Shown here one piece after another: positions 49,352 to 59,528 of a DNA stretch of 64,000 bases. The stretch is from a virus (lineage: Duplodnaviria; Caudoviricetes). The position numbers and the translations under genes are program-made. Position 1 is the first letter of the stretch; the number at the start of each line of letters is the position of its first letter. The stretch lies in the IMG/VR virus record IMGVR_UViG_3300042922_001473. One strand, given 5' to 3'. The notes under the pieces were generated by a model, which had not been told where the DNA came from, did no database searches, and saw only the letters and a list, made by a program, of their open reading frames with translations.

Positions 49352-50422
49352 TTACCACCTCATACCAATTTCGTTTAGCAACTTAATTCGTTCTTGATTT
49401 AGTTTGTTTTTTTTGTAGTACTTCCTTTGTGTGTGAATCCATTCACCTAAATGAATATCATTTATTCTATATTTATTAGAAATTAATAAATTCTTATGTT
49501 CTTTATAATATTGTTTAGCTAATTCATAATTGTACCCCCATGGATTTACAGTTCGATGGTATGTGTTACGACAACTCCATATCATATTAATGCTTTCTAA
49601 TTTTTCTTTTTGTTCTTTAGATAATTTATTTTTTTTGAATGCTTGTCTTTGTTTTTGAACCCAATATCCTAACTTTTCATCATTTTTAATATAAGAAATT
49701 GGTATTAACAAATCTCCATGTTCTTTGTAATACTCTATAGCTAATTCGTAATATTCCATCCATGATAATTCTTCCTCATACCATGAAATTCCTATGGATT
49801 CCAATTTTTTAATTTTTTCAGTAGTTAAAAGCTTATTCTCGAAGTAATTTTTTTGTTGTCGAATCCAACTACCTAAATCTATATTATTAATTTTATACTT
49901 TGTTGGAACATTTAAATGACCGTTCTTTTTATAAAATTGTTCAGCTAATTCATACTTTTCATTCCATAAACTTTCATTTCGCTTCCAGACAACCCCAATT
50001 GATTCTAATTTTTTTATTTGGTCTACTATTAATAAATTTTTTTTATAATATACTGTCTGATTTAATAACCAGTTCCCTAAATTATCATTATTGATTTTAT
50101 AATTACGAGGGATAAGTAAATTTTTATGTTCATTGTAATATTCTTTAGCTAACCCAAAATTTTCATCCCATGTTTTAACAACTCTAACTCCTGAAGTATT
50201 TCGCAAATTCCATTTAACGCCTATATTTTCTAATTTTTTAATTTGTTCATTATTTAATGTATTTTTCTTATAAAATTGTTTCTGATTATAAAGCCAAATA
50301 CCTAATTTTATGTTGTCAACTACATATTTAGTAGGAATTAATAAATCACCATGCTCTTTATAATATTGTTCAGCTAATTCATAATAGTCATTCCAAGTTC
50401 TTCTTACAGATTCTTTGCTCAA
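49352..50422 (-). CDS. Stand-alone helicase-associated (HA) domain repeat protein, five repeats
   Basis: Repeats of W...Y.LA..YY.EHG.LLIP..Y....LG.W...Q...YKK..L...I..LE.IG..W. Confidence 0.9.
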   Translation of the reverse strand: MSKESVRRTWNDYYELAEQYYKEHGDLLIPTKYVVDNIKLGIWLYNQKQFYKKNTLNNEQIKKLENIGVKWNLRNTSGVRVVKTWDENFGLAKEYYNEHKNLLIPRNYKINNDNLGNWLLNQTVYYKKNLLIVDQIKKLESIGVVWKRNESLWNEKYELAEQFYKKNGHLNVPTKYKINNIDLGSWIRQQKNYFENKLLTTEKIKKLESIGISWYEEELSWMEYYELAIEYYKEHGDLLIPISYIKNDEKLGYWVQKQRQAFKKNKLSKEQKEKLESINMIWSCRNTYHRTVNPWGYNYELAKQYYKEHKNLLISNKYRINDIHLGEWIHTQRKYYKKNKLNQERIKLLNEIGMRW

Positions 50423-50621
50423 ATTGCACTCCTTTTCTAAATATAATTTGGTTAACTATAATTTATCATTAATATTTAAAAATGTTTTTCAAAATCCGTT
50501 CTACCCTGTCTTATATATAACAATCTTTTACAATCAAGTGAAATTTTTTATTGATATATGAATATAATATTTTAATTAAATAAAAAAGGTTTTTTAAAAA
50601 TAATCTAATAAGGAGAAATAT

Positions 50622-50780
50622 ATGAAAAAAACTTATAAAATCGCTTTAAATGCAAATATTTCGCATAATAATGAGGATGATACTGTAGGAGTTTGTAGTA
50701 GCTATTCTGAAGGTAAATGTTTAGATAAACCTGAAAAATATTGTGATGGCTGTGCCTCAGAATATGGGAACGAATATTGA
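50622..50780 (+). CDS. 52-aa Cys-containing protein (absent from track)
   Basis: AAGGAG RBS; ...GVCSSYSEGKCLDKPEKYCDGCASEYGNEY*; terminator follows. Confidence 0.6.
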   Translation: MKKTYKIALNANISHNNEDDTVGVCSSYSEGKCLDKPEKYCDGCASEYGNEY

Positions 50781-50937
50781 AAAAAGCAATAAAAATAGCA
50801 GTGATTAAATCAGTGCTATTTTTATATTATCTTGTAGTTTTTTAATTATATAAATACTGTTCTAATTGTTTAAAACAATCTTCGGTATTATCTGTAACAT
50901 TAGTTATGTTGTTATTGTGTACTATATATCCATTTTC

Positions 50938-51192
50938 TTAAATTAATTCACCTAAATTAATCCATGGTTTTTTATATTCTTCAATAGCTTCAATAGGTAG
51001 GCTATGAAGTTCTGTAGCACCTTCCCTTAACGAAGTAACCCCAAGCAATTCAACTTTACTATTTATATTGTTATAAACAATATAAATTTGCTTATATATA
51101 TCTCTTTTTATATTTTTATTTAAATTTTCTAAATTTTTTATTTTTAATAATATTTGATATTGAGGGTATTGGGTTGTTATTATTTTTTCCAC
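50938..51192 (-). CDS. Hypothetical protein, paralogue of 52967-53236
   Basis: Shares I.YN....K.ELLGV...REG....L..L.......W. Confidence 0.7.
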   Translation of the reverse strand: MEKIITTQYPQYQILLKIKNLENLNKNIKRDIYKQIYIVYNNINSKVELLGVTSLREGATELHSLPIEAIEEYKKPWINLGELI

Positions 51193-51317
51193 TTTAATCT
51201 CCTAAATTTAGTATAATCATATTTTATCTAAATAAACATTATATACCTTTTTAACAAAGAGTAGTGTGGTATTTAATACCACACTACTCTTTGTTTTTAT
51301 TTAAAGAAATTTTTACA

Positions 51318-51812
51318 TCAATCTAATAAAAGATGATTTAGTAATTCAATATTCCTTGGCATTTCTAACATAATATAGTCTGCTCCATTAGGATTATCTT
51401 CTGTTACAGTATACTTTGTTTTGTCAACATTGTAATTAAGAAAATACGAATTTTCTTTTCCACTATATATAGTAATATCGTGTTTTTTAAGATTTCCTTC
51501 AATCTTTTCTTTTTCATCATCGTCTAAGCTTTCAAAATATTCCAAAAACTTACGTGCTACTGTTGTAAACATTGTATTTTCTAATGAACTTAATTTTACA
51601 CTTAGATTCCAGCTATTTTGATTTAATTTTAGTATATTGTACTCACTGCTTAATTTTTCAAGCTTTGTCATATATAAGCTAAACTCTTTATCCAGAAGTT
51701 CTTTTTCTTTGTCATAACTATTCATTTGATTAGCTATACTTTTAAGTTCAGTTTCAAGTTCTTTCATTGTCTTATTAATTGTTAAACTTATTTTTTCCTT
51801 ATCATAATTCAT
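51318..51812 (-). CDS. Coiled-coil hypothetical protein
   Basis: ATG 51812 overlaps the CYTH gene stop. Confidence 0.7.
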   Translation of the reverse strand: MNYDKEKISLTINKTMKELETELKSIANQMNSYDKEKELLDKEFSLYMTKLEKLSSEYNILKLNQNSWNLSVKLSSLENTMFTTVARKFLEYFESLDDDEKEKIEGNLKKHDITIYSGKENSYFLNYNVDKTKYTVTEDNPNGADYIMLEMPRNIELLNHLLLD

Positions 51813-52498
51813 ATTAATAACCTGCCTCTCGTTCTTTCCCAATAATTAGCCATTTTATAATCATTATCATAAGTAACTTCTTTCCCAAACCAGTCAGGAG
51901 CAATAAATTCATTTGCTTCATTTGTAAAATCAAATTCTATTTCACCATATCTAAATTCTGTGTCTTTTCCTATATCTGTTACTCCTAAAGATAATTTATA
52001 ACCATTAATGTCATAAATGTAGAAATGTTTTTTAACAAAATCTTCTTCTTTAATATTTCCAATAATCATCAATTGTTCGAATTCTTCCTTAGTTATTTCT
52101 TTCTGCACTTCAATACGTTGTATAGTTCCTTTACCTTTAATACAAAGCTTGTAGGATATATTTCCGTCATAAACATTTTGCTTACTTCTTATCCTTATTT
52201 CTGGATTAACGCTTAAATATGCTTGATTATAGAAATATTCTCCTAATTCTTTAGTACCTTCAGGAGCTTTTTCTGAATTGAATAACCATTTCCTTTCTAT
52301 TTCTTTATGTGAAATTTGTTCTGCCGACGCTATCTGACCACTATACAGTTTAATTAGAGGTATTAAAGCTTCAGAATCTTCAAAGCTTACTACTGTTGCT
52401 AATTCTTTATCTTTTGCAAATACAATTGAATTGTTTTCGGCAATTCTTAAGAAGTAATCATTATTGCTATTAATTATTATATATTGAGCCTTTTTCAT
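51809..52498 (-). CDS. CYTH (triphosphate tunnel) domain protein
   Basis: EIERKWL, QAYL..PEIRIR, GEIEF, PDWFGKEVT.D..Y..AN. Confidence 0.9.
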   Translation of the reverse strand: MKKAQYIIINSNNDYFLRIAENNSIVFAKDKELATVVSFEDSEALIPLIKLYSGQIASAEQISHKEIERKWLFNSEKAPEGTKELGEYFYNQAYLSVNPEIRIRSKQNVYDGNISYKLCIKGKGTIQRIEVQKEITKEEFEQLMIIGNIKEEDFVKKHFYIYDINGYKLSLGVTDIGKDTEFRYGEIEFDFTNEANEFIAPDWFGKEVTYDNDYKMANYWERTRGRLLI

Positions 52499-52551
52499 AA
52501 TATCTATCCTTTTTTTATTAGATTTATAGAGTTATTTAAATAACACCATGT

Positions 52552-52950
52552 TTATTTAATTGCTTGCATAAGATTATTGTATTCATTTTGAATTGATTTT
52601 AAAGATACAATAATACATTCGTTTGGAGCATTATCCCAGAATATTATTGACCATGAAACCCAAGTGCCTACTTCTCCACCTGCTATAGTTAAAGAGCCTC
52701 TATGTACTACATATCTTAAATAAAACTTAAGGGCTTCTAAATCTTCTTCGGTTTCTATATGCCACCATTCTCCATAATCCATAAAATCTGACTGTACTTT
52801 TCGTATATCTTTAATTTTTTCATTTGCTTCTAATTTATCTTCATATTCAATACATTCACGAGAAGAATCAAATTCTATTCCATCTTTTGCAATGTATTTA
52901 GTAACTTCTTCGTTTTTAATCACTTCTATAATTGATATTTTCTTTTCCAA
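52552..52950 (-). CDS. Phage-type hypothetical protein
   Basis: YIAKDG.EF....C.EYE motif. Confidence 0.75.
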   Translation of the reverse strand: MEKKISIIEVIKNEEVTKYIAKDGIEFDSSRECIEYEDKLEANEKIKDIRKVQSDFMDYGEWWHIETEEDLEALKFYLRYVVHRGSLTIAGGEVGTWVSWSIIFWDNAPNECIIVSLKSIQNEYNNLMQAIK

Positions 52951-52966
52951 AATATAATTCCCCCTA

Positions 52967-53236
52967 TTAATCTAAACTGCCCACATAAAACCATGAACAC
53001 TCTAATGATTCATCATCTTCAAAAGATAAACGGTAAAGTTCCAAATCCGATTTAAATGAACCTTCTCTTCTAACTCCAAGAAGTTCAAGTTTATTTGTTT
53101 CAGTATTATAAGAAATAAAAACTGCACTGTAATTGTCAACATTAATATTTTTATTTAAAACCCTAAAATCATCTACTTTAATTACTTTTATATAATTTGA
53201 GTATTTATAACTGATTTTATTTTCCATATCTAACAA
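52967..53236 (-). CDS. Hypothetical protein, paralogue of 50938-51192
   Basis: Shares the motif given for 50938-51192. Confidence 0.7.
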   Translation of the reverse strand: MLDMENKISYKYSNYIKVIKVDDFRVLNKNINVDNYSAVFISYNTETNKLELLGVRREGSFKSDLELYRLSFEDDESLECSWFYVGSLD

Positions 53237-53256
53237 TCTCCTTATTCTATTTGTTT

Positions 53257-53667
53257 TTATTTTGCGTAATAAATCAAATCTGGCTCAACTCCAATTATTG
53301 AATAACTGCAATTACTAATAGCGTCATTCCCATAATATTTGGGCACGAAAATTCTCCAACCTTCATATATACTCCCGTCTATATCCAAGTTTTCTATTTC
53401 TTGTAGTCTCAACTTTGCTTGTTCAGATTCACGAATATAATCCCATGCAATTTGAGTTGCCATATCCAGGGATATTTTGAATGGATATCGTGTAAACCCG
53501 TTATAATTATCTTCGTTTTTAGGCATCCATGCAAATATTAGCCTATTTTCATCATATTTGAATCCACTAATTTCATAATCGGATAACTTCAAAGCACATT
53601 CTATTGCTGTTTTAAGGTCTTCTTTTGTTTTCCCATTTATTTCAAATTTCTGTTCACTACTAAACAT
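53257..53667 (-). CDS. Phage-type hypothetical protein
   Basis: DIDGSIYEGWRI...IYYAK; GGGAGG RBS. Confidence 0.75.
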   Translation of the reverse strand: MFSSEQKFEINGKTKEDLKTAIECALKLSDYEISGFKYDENRLIFAWMPKNEDNYNGFTRYPFKISLDMATQIAWDYIRESEQAKLRLQEIENLDIDGSIYEGWRIFVPKYYGNDAISNCSYSIIGVEPDLIYYAK

Positions 53668-53690
53668 TATGTATCCTCCCTTTGTTTGTT

Positions 53691-53906
53691 TTAATCTAAT
53701 ATTTCAATATTAATCTTTACTTTTTTACCATTAATTGTATTAGGAATATTTTTAAATTCTAATATTTCATCTATTGCTAATGAGATGCTGGAAGAATAAT
53801 GTTTATCTTCAAGAATAATATTCTTATCATTTTCTTCAACTAAAAAGCCCCAGAGATTATTTGCTTTATCAATTAAAATCTGTTTACCTATTAACTCGAT
53901 TCTCAT
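53691..53906 (-). CDS. Hypothetical protein
   Basis: AGGAG RBS, in operon. Confidence 0.65.
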   Translation of the reverse strand: MRIELIGKQILIDKANNLWGFLVEENDKNIILEDKHYSSSISLAIDEILEFKNIPNTINGKKVKINIEILD

Positions 53907-53922
53907 ATATAATACTCCTACT

Positions 53923-54201
53923 TTATTTTTTTAGATTTTTTTCTATGAAAGCTTTATCATATTCTTTATCTCCAGGTTCAAGTATTTTGATTTCTCCTAA
54001 TTTTAAAGAAATATAATTTTCTCTTGCACCTCCAAATTCATCATTCATTTGGATATCTACTGTTTCGGCAATACCATTTATATTTTTTTTATGAAATAAG
54101 CCTTTAGCAGTTCGTATTGTATGTCCATAATGTTCTTTACCTTCTAAGTAATCACCATATTTAATTTGTTTAATATCTTCTATAGTTTTTAAAATTTTCA
54201 T
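53923..54201 (-). CDS. Hypothetical protein
   Basis: GGAG RBS, first gene of operon. Confidence 0.7.
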   Translation of the reverse strand: MKILKTIEDIKQIKYGDYLEGKEHYGHTIRTAKGLFHKKNINGIAETVDIQMNDEFGGARENYISLKLGEIKILEPGDKEYDKAFIEKNLKK

Positions 54202-54438
54202 GAATTAATCTCCAATTCGGTTTTTATATTTACTGTTTTTATTTATTATTATACCATATTTCTCGTATTTCGTCAATTTTAATTTACTTTATAGGTCTTT
54301 TTTGCCAATATCAATTTATTACAATTTGTATAAATAGTAAATATAAAAATTTCATCATATAATATTATATATTTTATTAAAACAGGAGTTTATTTTAATA
54401 AACAAATTAATTACATAAAAATCGAAAGGAAACTTAAA

Positions 54439-54891
54439 ATGAATACAATGGCAGAAGCATTAAGTAAAGCAAATATTAAGGCGAATGATTTTGAAGATAG
54501 AAAAATTGATGAAAAATCAATTAAACTGGACATGGAAATAGAATTTCTGGAAAAGTGGTGTAAATTACTTCAAAGAAATGCATCCGAAAAGGAAAAACAT
54601 AATTTTGTTATAAACCATGGTTTTGTATCAGTTAAACAATTTTCGTTATATATGGCATGTATGGATGACGTACATAATTTAAAAGAAAAATTGGAAGATA
54701 TTCGAAATGATATTTCAAATTATGAGATAGCAAGAAGAGAAAAAGAAATTGCTAAAAAAATGTCAATGGCTGAACAGATTAAAGATGAACTCTATTATAG
54801 GTTTGTGCTAAGAACCCTTGGACAACAGGATATTACCCCCTATGGTGAAAATATTTTAAAAAGAAAAATGCATTATAAAAAAGCAGAGTAA
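54439..54891 (+). CDS. Hypothetical protein
   Basis: AAAGGA RBS, 150 aa. Confidence 0.75.
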   Translation: MNTMAEALSKANIKANDFEDRKIDEKSIKLDMEIEFLEKWCKLLQRNASEKEKHNFVINHGFVSVKQFSLYMACMDDVHNLKEKLEDIRNDISNYEIARREKEIAKKMSMAEQIKDELYYRFVLRTLGQQDITPYGENILKRKMHYKKAE

Positions 54892-55196
54892 TTGAGGTAC
54901 AAACTCAACAAATTTTGTTATAATCACAAGTAAAAGACTATGATTCTTATAGTCTTTTTTTTGCTAATATTGCTATATTTCTTGTCATTTTATTAGAAAT
55001 TCAATAAAAATGACAAGAATATTTTCGCTATTAATAATTTTATTAACATTGTGAAAACCGTTGTGATTTTGCATGTGATTCTGATGTTATTTTCTAAATA
55101 ATTTATGTATAATATAGAGTAATTTATAATTGAGGGGTTCATTAATTAATGAACATACTGAGAATATTATATTCAAACTAAAGGAGGAATAAAGAA

Positions 55197-55370
55197 ATGT
55201 CTAAATGTAAATTAGTTCTTGATATTAATGAGGAAGAAGTTATAGCCGATTCATTAGAGGATGAAAATTGGCAAACTGGGGATAGATTAGTTCATGAAGA
55301 CACAGTTTTTCTTATTTTAGATTTCATAATTATTAATAATGTAAAAATTTACAGAGTGAAAATTAAGTAA
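55197..55370 (+). CDS. 57-aa hypothetical protein (absent from track)
   Basis: AAGGAGG RBS; MSKCKLVLDINEEEVIADSLEDENWQTGDRL... Confidence 0.7.
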   Translation: MSKCKLVLDINEEEVIADSLEDENWQTGDRLVHEDTVFLILDFIIINNVKIYRVKIK

Positions 55371-55739
55371 ATTAAATTTGTAAATCAGCGTTTTAGCATG
55401 TAATTTTATGTGTGAATTTTAAATGGACAACAACTTGTTAAAATAAAAAAGCATAAGGTTTAACATAACGTGTTCATTTTTGAGGTGCAAAAAGTAAAAT
55501 AGCATTAAATTTCACAGTAAAAATCGCAGACAATTTCACATCTGCGATTTTTCTTTATTTATCTATGCTTTCAGCCGTTTTTAAATTAAAAAATAATAAA
55601 AATCACAGGCATTTTCGCAATAGATTTCACGATGCGAATAAACTTATTATCGTTGTGATTTCCTATGTGATTTAGTATGTGATTTTTATCAAAAATGCAG
55701 AGGACAAACGTACTGTCCCCTGCTAAAGTTTATTTTAAT

Positions 55740-55919
55740 CTACTTATACTTTCTAAAATATGTTGTAATTTTCTGCCCATTTAAAGGTGACTTATTCCAT
55801 TCAACTTCACGATTAAATCCGAACTTCTCAAAGCACTCACTAAAAGTCATATTGAAATGTTCTTGAACTATCTTACTTTCAATCCATTCATTTCTATCCC
55901 ATGCTTCTTTATCAAACAT
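55740..55919 (-). CDS. 59-aa hypothetical protein (absent from track)
   Basis: AAGGAG RBS; MFDKEAWDRNEWIESK... Confidence 0.7.
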   Translation of the reverse strand: MFDKEAWDRNEWIESKIVQEHFNMTFSECFEKFGFNREVEWNKSPLNGQKITTYFRKYK

Positions 55920-56200
55920 TTATTTCACTCCTTTAAATTTAATTTATTCCTGCCAAAATGTTCAAAATAGAACTACATTGTTTTGATTTGCATTATATCA
56001 TATGCATCAATTATTTACTTATAATGTATAACGAAAATTGATGTGAAAACCGTTGTGAATTTTGTGGTGCTTTTGTCAAAATATTGATTTAAAACACAAG
56101 CAAATTCACAGCCGAATTAACAATGAATAGCAGAAGAAAAGACTCACTCAAAAAACATAATTTTGAGTGAGTCTTTTACATATCATTTTTGTTATGTAAA

Positions 56201-56443
56201 TCAAATTATTGATTTATTCGGTTTTAATAATTTTGAATATCTTAATAACCATACTTTTGCAGATTCTGCACTACTTTTAGTTAATTGATTGTTTTTTTCG
56301 TTATTTTTATAAAGATTAACTTCGTGTTGTATGTGATAGTAAATATCCGAAAAGGTTTTTTCATTATCATTATTTCTAATTCTAAATGCTTTTATTCTTC
56401 TTGCCTGTTTTAACGCTTGTTTTTCTTTTTCTGTTAATATCAT
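56201..56443 (-). CDS. Basic hypothetical protein inside the repeat field
   Basis: GGAGG then ATG 56443. Confidence 0.65.
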   Translation of the reverse strand: MILTEKEKQALKQARRIKAFRIRNNDNEKTFSDIYYHIQHEVNLYKNNEKNNQLTKSSAESAKVWLLRYSKLLKPNKSII

Positions 56444-56837
56444 TTTTTTACCCTCCAATATTTATCAATGTTATATTTGATGCATATTTTACTTAAAGTG
56501 TCTATCAGAGACTCCTTATCTAAGTTTTTATATTATATACTTTGTGTAATTGTATCATAACAATAGATATAATTCACATGCAAATTCACAAGATAATTCA
56601 CAGCGTTAATATATTTATTAACAGTGCGATTTTGTATGTGAATTATACTTGAGTTCATAACATAATACTTCTATAAGCATTGCAATATAAAGAAATCACA
56701 AGCTTTTTTATACCTGTGATTTCTTGTGTAAATTCAGTTAATATTTTCGTTGATACACTCCAAAACAAAACCCGTTAGGTTTATCACCTTATGCTTTTTT
56801 ATTTTTTAGTTTATTTTGCTTACATTCTAAAGACTGT

Positions 56838-57920
56838 TTAATCATTGTATCTATATCTATCTACTGTCATTTCATTTATTAGCATTATTAAATTTTTAGC
56901 CTTATCTGTATCTATATCATCTCTTAAAGACGAATTATCAAAGGCATAATTCATTTCTTTAACTAAGTCTTCATAAAATTTAAAAATATCCGTAATAGCA
57001 TATTTTTCGCTTCTAATATCAGTTAAAAATTCAAAATCACCAGATTCTTTTCTGGATGTAATAATACCTTTCCCATATAATATTTCAGTACACATTTTAA
57101 TCAATTTGATTATATACATAGAGGGTTTAAACAAATCATCTTCATTTTTCTTTTCATTTTTCTTTTTATTCCCTATTTTATTATATCTATTTACAACACA
57201 ATTAGCTGAACTTAACAAAGCTTCTAAATCTTTTAAAGGATACTTAGTAAAATTTGCATCAACAAATACTTCATTTTGAATGTCATCCCGTAATGATTTA
57301 TCAATATATAGCTTAATATCTTCACCTATTTTAAGTTTTTGGCTTGCTTTATTCATTGTGTCTTTTAATGTTTTCATTACAGATTCAAGCATTCTTTCTT
57401 CTTTGGCAAATTGCGATATATTGTTCTTATTAAGAGCTTTTTGAATCAGGTGAAACTGACTTTCTGCATATTTTCCAAAAGTGAAAATAACCTTTTTAGT
57501 TAAAAATATGTCGATATTGTCTCTTAATAGCTTACTTTCTGGCGTTTCTAAAAAAATTTTCTCATTTGAAACACCCATCAAATCAAGTATAGTTGGATTA
57601 GCATTGTACAGTAACTCTGCATATTTGTTGAAATAGTAGATAGTTGTATCTGTTTCAACATCTACCACTTGTTCTTTTTGATTGTCTTTAAGAAAAAGTA
57701 AATTTGACTTAGGATTAAAACTAATTCCTCGAAAATCTACATCGGAAGGTTTTTCTCCATCTCTTAATTCAATCTTATTCGTATCGTAGGCATAGCTACC
57801 ACCTAAGCACAAATACATTAAGCCTAAAGGAAAATTTTCTTTATCTCTTAAAAAATCATAATCAGACGTTATTAATAAATCCTCAAATTCTTTTCTTGTT
57901 TTAAATATTTTATCTATCAT
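56838..57920 (-). CDS. Pol-beta superfamily nucleotidyltransferase (YcgL/RlaP-like)
   Basis: LGGSYAYDTN...SDVDFRGI, NANPTILD, FTFGKYA. Confidence 0.85.
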   Translation of the reverse strand: MIDKIFKTRKEFEDLLITSDYDFLRDKENFPLGLMYLCLGGSYAYDTNKIELRDGEKPSDVDFRGISFNPKSNLLFLKDNQKEQVVDVETDTTIYYFNKYAELLYNANPTILDLMGVSNEKIFLETPESKLLRDNIDIFLTKKVIFTFGKYAESQFHLIQKALNKNNISQFAKEERMLESVMKTLKDTMNKASQKLKIGEDIKLYIDKSLRDDIQNEVFVDANFTKYPLKDLEALLSSANCVVNRYNKIGNKKKNEKKNEDDLFKPSMYIIKLIKMCTEILYGKGIITSRKESGDFEFLTDIRSEKYAITDIFKFYEDLVKEMNYAFDNSSLRDDIDTDKAKNLIMLINEMTVDRYRYND

Positions 57921-57937
57921 AATTGATATGTCTCCCT

Positions 57938-58855
57938 TTATTTAATTCCTGGTAATTTATATATAGTTACTGGGTAATCGTTAAATACCTTTTTTATTAT
58001 AGTAAGAACTTCATTCCAATCTCCACCTGCTAATCCACATCCTAACTGATATGGTAGTCCAACAGATAAATTATTAGCCATAGCATATTCCTTTAATGAA
58101 ACCAGGCTTTTATTTAAAGCAATCATTCTTTCTTCTTTACTATCGGGAGAACCCTTACCTACTCCTATACCTATTTGACCAAATAAATTAGCAATATACT
58201 TTTTACTATTTACTTCTGTCTCTACTATCTGGCATTGTCCAAATAAAAGATTAGGGCTTATGCTTTTACATAATTTTTGATATTCGAAAAATACATGTGG
58301 GTATGTATTTCTTATCTGTAAAGCCAATCCTGCACCCATTAATCCAAGACCGTTTGTTTGATGACCTTTAATATCAGCATTAGCTTTTAATAAATCCCCT
58401 ACTTCCTCTTTTACATAATCTTGTTTGCTTAATAACTTTATAAACTCATTACACTCTTTCATTAAAGAAACTCTTCCCTCTTTAACATATTTTTTTATCA
58501 CATTAGCTTGTGAGTTTATGCTTTTACCACTAAACATATCTTTAAAGTCGTCAAACTCTGAAGCATATTTAACAAGAGAAGGCATTGAATCAAGATACTT
58601 TGCCCATAATAACGCATAAAAACTTGAAAGATATTTAGTTTCAAATTTTATATCATTAACAACAAAACAAACTGGCGTTTTCCCCTTGGAATCTTTCCAT
58701 GTTAAAGGCACGATAATATTTCCATTACTATCTTTAAATCTTTTAGATAATTGATAATGATTTTCTATACTATCAAATTTATCAAACACTTTAACTTTAG
58801 CGTAAAATGCTGAAAATCTTTTATCACCTTTGCTTGAACATTCTAAAGTTTTCAT
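57938..58855 (-). CDS. NADAR-like domain fused to a Poa1p/TARG1-like macrodomain
   Basis: N-terminal LECSSK...FSAF...SIENHYQLSKRF; C-terminal GDLL..HQTN.LG.MGAGLALQI..IANLFGQ..LPYQLGCGLAGGDW. Confidence 0.8.
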   Translation of the reverse strand: MKTLECSSKGDKRFSAFYAKVKVFDKFDSIENHYQLSKRFKDSNGNIIVPLTWKDSKGKTPVCFVVNDIKFETKYLSSFYALLWAKYLDSMPSLVKYASEFDDFKDMFSGKSINSQANVIKKYVKEGRVSLMKECNEFIKLLSKQDYVKEEVGDLLKANADIKGHQTNGLGLMGAGLALQIRNTYPHVFFEYQKLCKSISPNLLFGQCQIVETEVNSKKYIANLFGQIGIGVGKGSPDSKEERMIALNKSLVSLKEYAMANNLSVGLPYQLGCGLAGGDWNEVLTIIKKVFNDYPVTIYKLPGIK

Positions 58856-58999
58856 TTTATCCTCCTTATATAAATGTTATTTACCTTTTTTATATTTTTT
58901 ATATTATAGTTTGCAAGTCTTAAAAAAATAAGCAGAATCATTAAAGACTCTGCTTGTATATTATATTCACATATGGTATAAGAATTTAATTATTGAAAG

Positions 59000-59182
59000 T
59001 TAAAACACCTGTATATCTATAACTCCTTTTTTTGATGCTCCAATGCTTCTTACTTTCATTTCTAATATCTTTATTGGTATATTATTCTTGTCTCCTTTGT
59101 AAATATCTTCAAACTCTTCATTATTTGTTTTATATATAATTATTTTATCAAATATTATGTCAATTAACTCTTCAACTTTCAT
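59000..59182 (-). CDS. Small hypothetical protein
   Basis: GAGG RBS, in operon. Confidence 0.65.
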   Translation of the reverse strand: MKVEELIDIIFDKIIIYKTNNEEFEDIYKGDKNNIPIKILEMKVRSIGASKKGVIDIQVF

Positions 59183-59200
59183 GTATTTGCCTCATAATAC

Positions 59201-59512
59201 TTAAATTTCTCTTTCCATTTTACTCATTAATAATATAGTGATATTGTTTTCAATAATATCTTTAGGTATTATTCCAAATTTAACTTCTTCATGATTTTCA
59301 CTATCATATTTTCTTGCTATAAGCTTAATTTCTTCATTACTTGAAAGTAGTTTTGCTATTTCGGAAGAATATATGGAAATATTACAATCTAATTTTACTT
59401 TGATTTCTTTAATCATATCTTTTATATCGAATTCAGATATTCCATTAAATTCCGAATCATTTAATGTGTAAACAATATCTTTTGGCTTGCTTTCATTTGT
59501 ATTTAATTCCAA
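59201..59512 (-). CDS. Hypothetical protein
   Basis: GGAGG then TTG 59512. Confidence 0.65.
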   Translation of the reverse strand: MELNTNESKPKDIVYTLNDSEFNGISEFDIKDMIKEIKVKLDCNISIYSSEIAKLLSSNEEIKLIARKYDSENHEEVKFGIIPKDIIENNITILLMSKMEREI

Positions 59513-59528
59513 TTTAATTATCCTCCGT

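Larger units (their letters stand above)
54920..56735. repeat. Field of TG(T/C)GAWW motifs in 12-bp-phased doublets and triplets, both orientations (centromere/iteron-like)
   Basis: Forward 55050/62/74, 55654/66/78, 56042/54, 56625/37; reverse 55512/24/36, 55603/15/27, 56094/106/118, 56574/86/98; TGTGAAAACCGTTGTGA occurs exactly at 55050 and 56042. Confidence 0.85.
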
